Shown: piece by piece, positions 62,812 to 64,000 of the stretch
Position numbering within the stretch: position 1 is the first letter of the stretch
Layout: the number at the start of each line of letters is the position of its first letter
From: Cenococcum geophilum
Taxonomy: Eukaryota
NCBI GenBank assembly: GCA_050273025.1
Contig: CP158635.1
Span: 24,490,001 to 24,554,000, forward strand
Direction: 5' to 3'
DNA length: 64,000 nt
Made by a program: the position numbers and the translations under genes
The notes under the pieces: generated by a model
Databases searched by the model: none
Told to the model about the DNA's origin: nothing
Seen by the model: only the letters and a program-made list of their open reading frames with translations

Positions 62812-64000
62812 CTATATGCTAACACTATACTCACGCGCCCACTTCTTAAGCTTTGCTAGTTCCTTTACTTTATTATATACGTCTTTAGCTTATTTTAATT
62901 TATTAATTCGTCGCTCTATATTTTTTATACGTAGTATATATACCTCCTTTTCTAGCTCCTCCGTAGATAAGTAAGACCTATGCCTCTTGCCTATAGTCCG
63001 GGGTGTTTAACTTCGCGACGGTAGTAGTAGCATCTCTGCTATATATACGGTAGATACGCGTGACGTATCCGATACTAATACAATATTATTATCTATAGTA
63101 CTTATCTGCGAGATAATTTAGCTACTAGATATAGTAGGCTTGGGGGTATTAAATGGGTTCTAAGGATTCTAAGGAAGATTTAACATAGGATTTCTAGCTC
63201 GCCGCTTAGCTGCTTTCCGCTGTTTCTACACTACCTAAGCTTAGTATATACTTTGCATATACAGGATATATATATACATTGTTTCTATAGCTGTACTGCT
63301 ATCCGCTTTAAGTCGCTATAATTTTTCTATATATTATCTATTCCTGTCTCCTTATATAGCTCTTATAGATCGAATATTTCTTATATACGAAGTTTAAGCC
63401 TATACTAAAATATTAGAATATGTGGTGCATATACAGAGCGTATATATCTACCGTAGCACTGCGGTAAAAACGCATAATTTTCGACCGGTAAAGTTATTAT
63501 CCTAAAAGTAACTACTTTTACCAATTCTAGTATGCTTCTGTGCATACGCCCACCACTTATAAGGAATCTTTAACTTTTCCTTTACAAGTCCGGCTAGTAT
63601 CCATGTTTTCTTCTTATTGTTTATCTAGGATGTAAGCTCCGGATGCAGTATATATATACTTTATATACGCGCTGCTAGTTTCTACTCTATCTCCGCTTCC
63701 TATATCTGCTTTATAATATATCTTGCTTTATATATCGGAAAGCGCTTTATAAAGTTTCGTTTAATATATACTAGGCAGAATACAAGCATATACTAAAGGT
63801 GTTTATCCCATTTACGGGATGGGTTAATTAAATGTAAGTAATCCCTAAAGCCTGTATATTATTAGCATATATTTAGCATATACTAAATATATACTAAGCG
63901 TATACTCACCGCCAGCTTATTTCTTATACATGTTAACTATAGCAGTGCAAAGTCTAGTTCCGTAAATATGTGCAAATTGTATAGATAATCGAGCAGTATT
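62812..64000 (-). pseudogene. DDE transposase, C-terminal half (CxxH type), at least 3 introns, RIP-disrupted
   Basis: De-RIPed QFAHIHGTG..IVDMCKKQAG/GFGDYL..WDEHLQYMLVFCLVHIERNF..WILAGL..HTGIGESSH, with an intron GTGAGT..GCTAAT..CAG at 63852-63909 and a coiled-coil tail. One apparent frameshift near 63650. Confidence 0.7.

Larger units (their letters stand above)
60390..64000 (-). mobile_element. Two-gene DNA transposon (Mutator-like CxxH DDE family), RIP-mutated, running off the window
   Basis: Terminal cluster of direct and inverted CGTGGT(C/T)A motifs at 60392-60486, a minus-strand transposase and a convergent plus-strand multi-intron gene. Only one end is visible, so there is no TSD. 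Confidence 0.6.

Overview
This is a filamentous-ascomycete heterochromatin block made almost entirely of nested transposable elements. Most of it is heavily mutated by repeat-induced point mutation (RIP): TpA excess, CpA/TpG depletion and TAA/TAG stops in recognisable TE reading frames. I found no ordinary host genes, tRNA/rRNA genes or CRISPR arrays. About 19 elements or fragments can be delimited, 11 with matching target-site duplications (TSDs) on both sides. They comprise several Ty3/Gypsy chromoviruses, three pol-bearing Ty1/Copia copies plus a solo LTR and two pol-less derivatives, an ORF1-only LINE, a hAT, a Mutator deletion derivative, a minisatellite-filled TIR element, and a two-gene CxxH-type DNA transposon. 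The only long intact ORF is a RIP-escaped 752-aa Gag-like gene (57912-60170). Main leads: (1) antisense, intron-containing Zn2Cys6-like genes in the 3' regions of two Gypsy lineages; (2) a DNA transposon with a convergent micro-exon zinc-finger gene; (3) palindromes with a compensatory change shared by Gypsy and Copia 3' UTRs; (4) several independent gag/ORF1-only retroelements; (5) a possible relic Starship captain and left end. Protein motifs in RIP regions were read by manual de-RIPing (T->C, A->G) and no database search was run, so family assignments rest on motif recognition.
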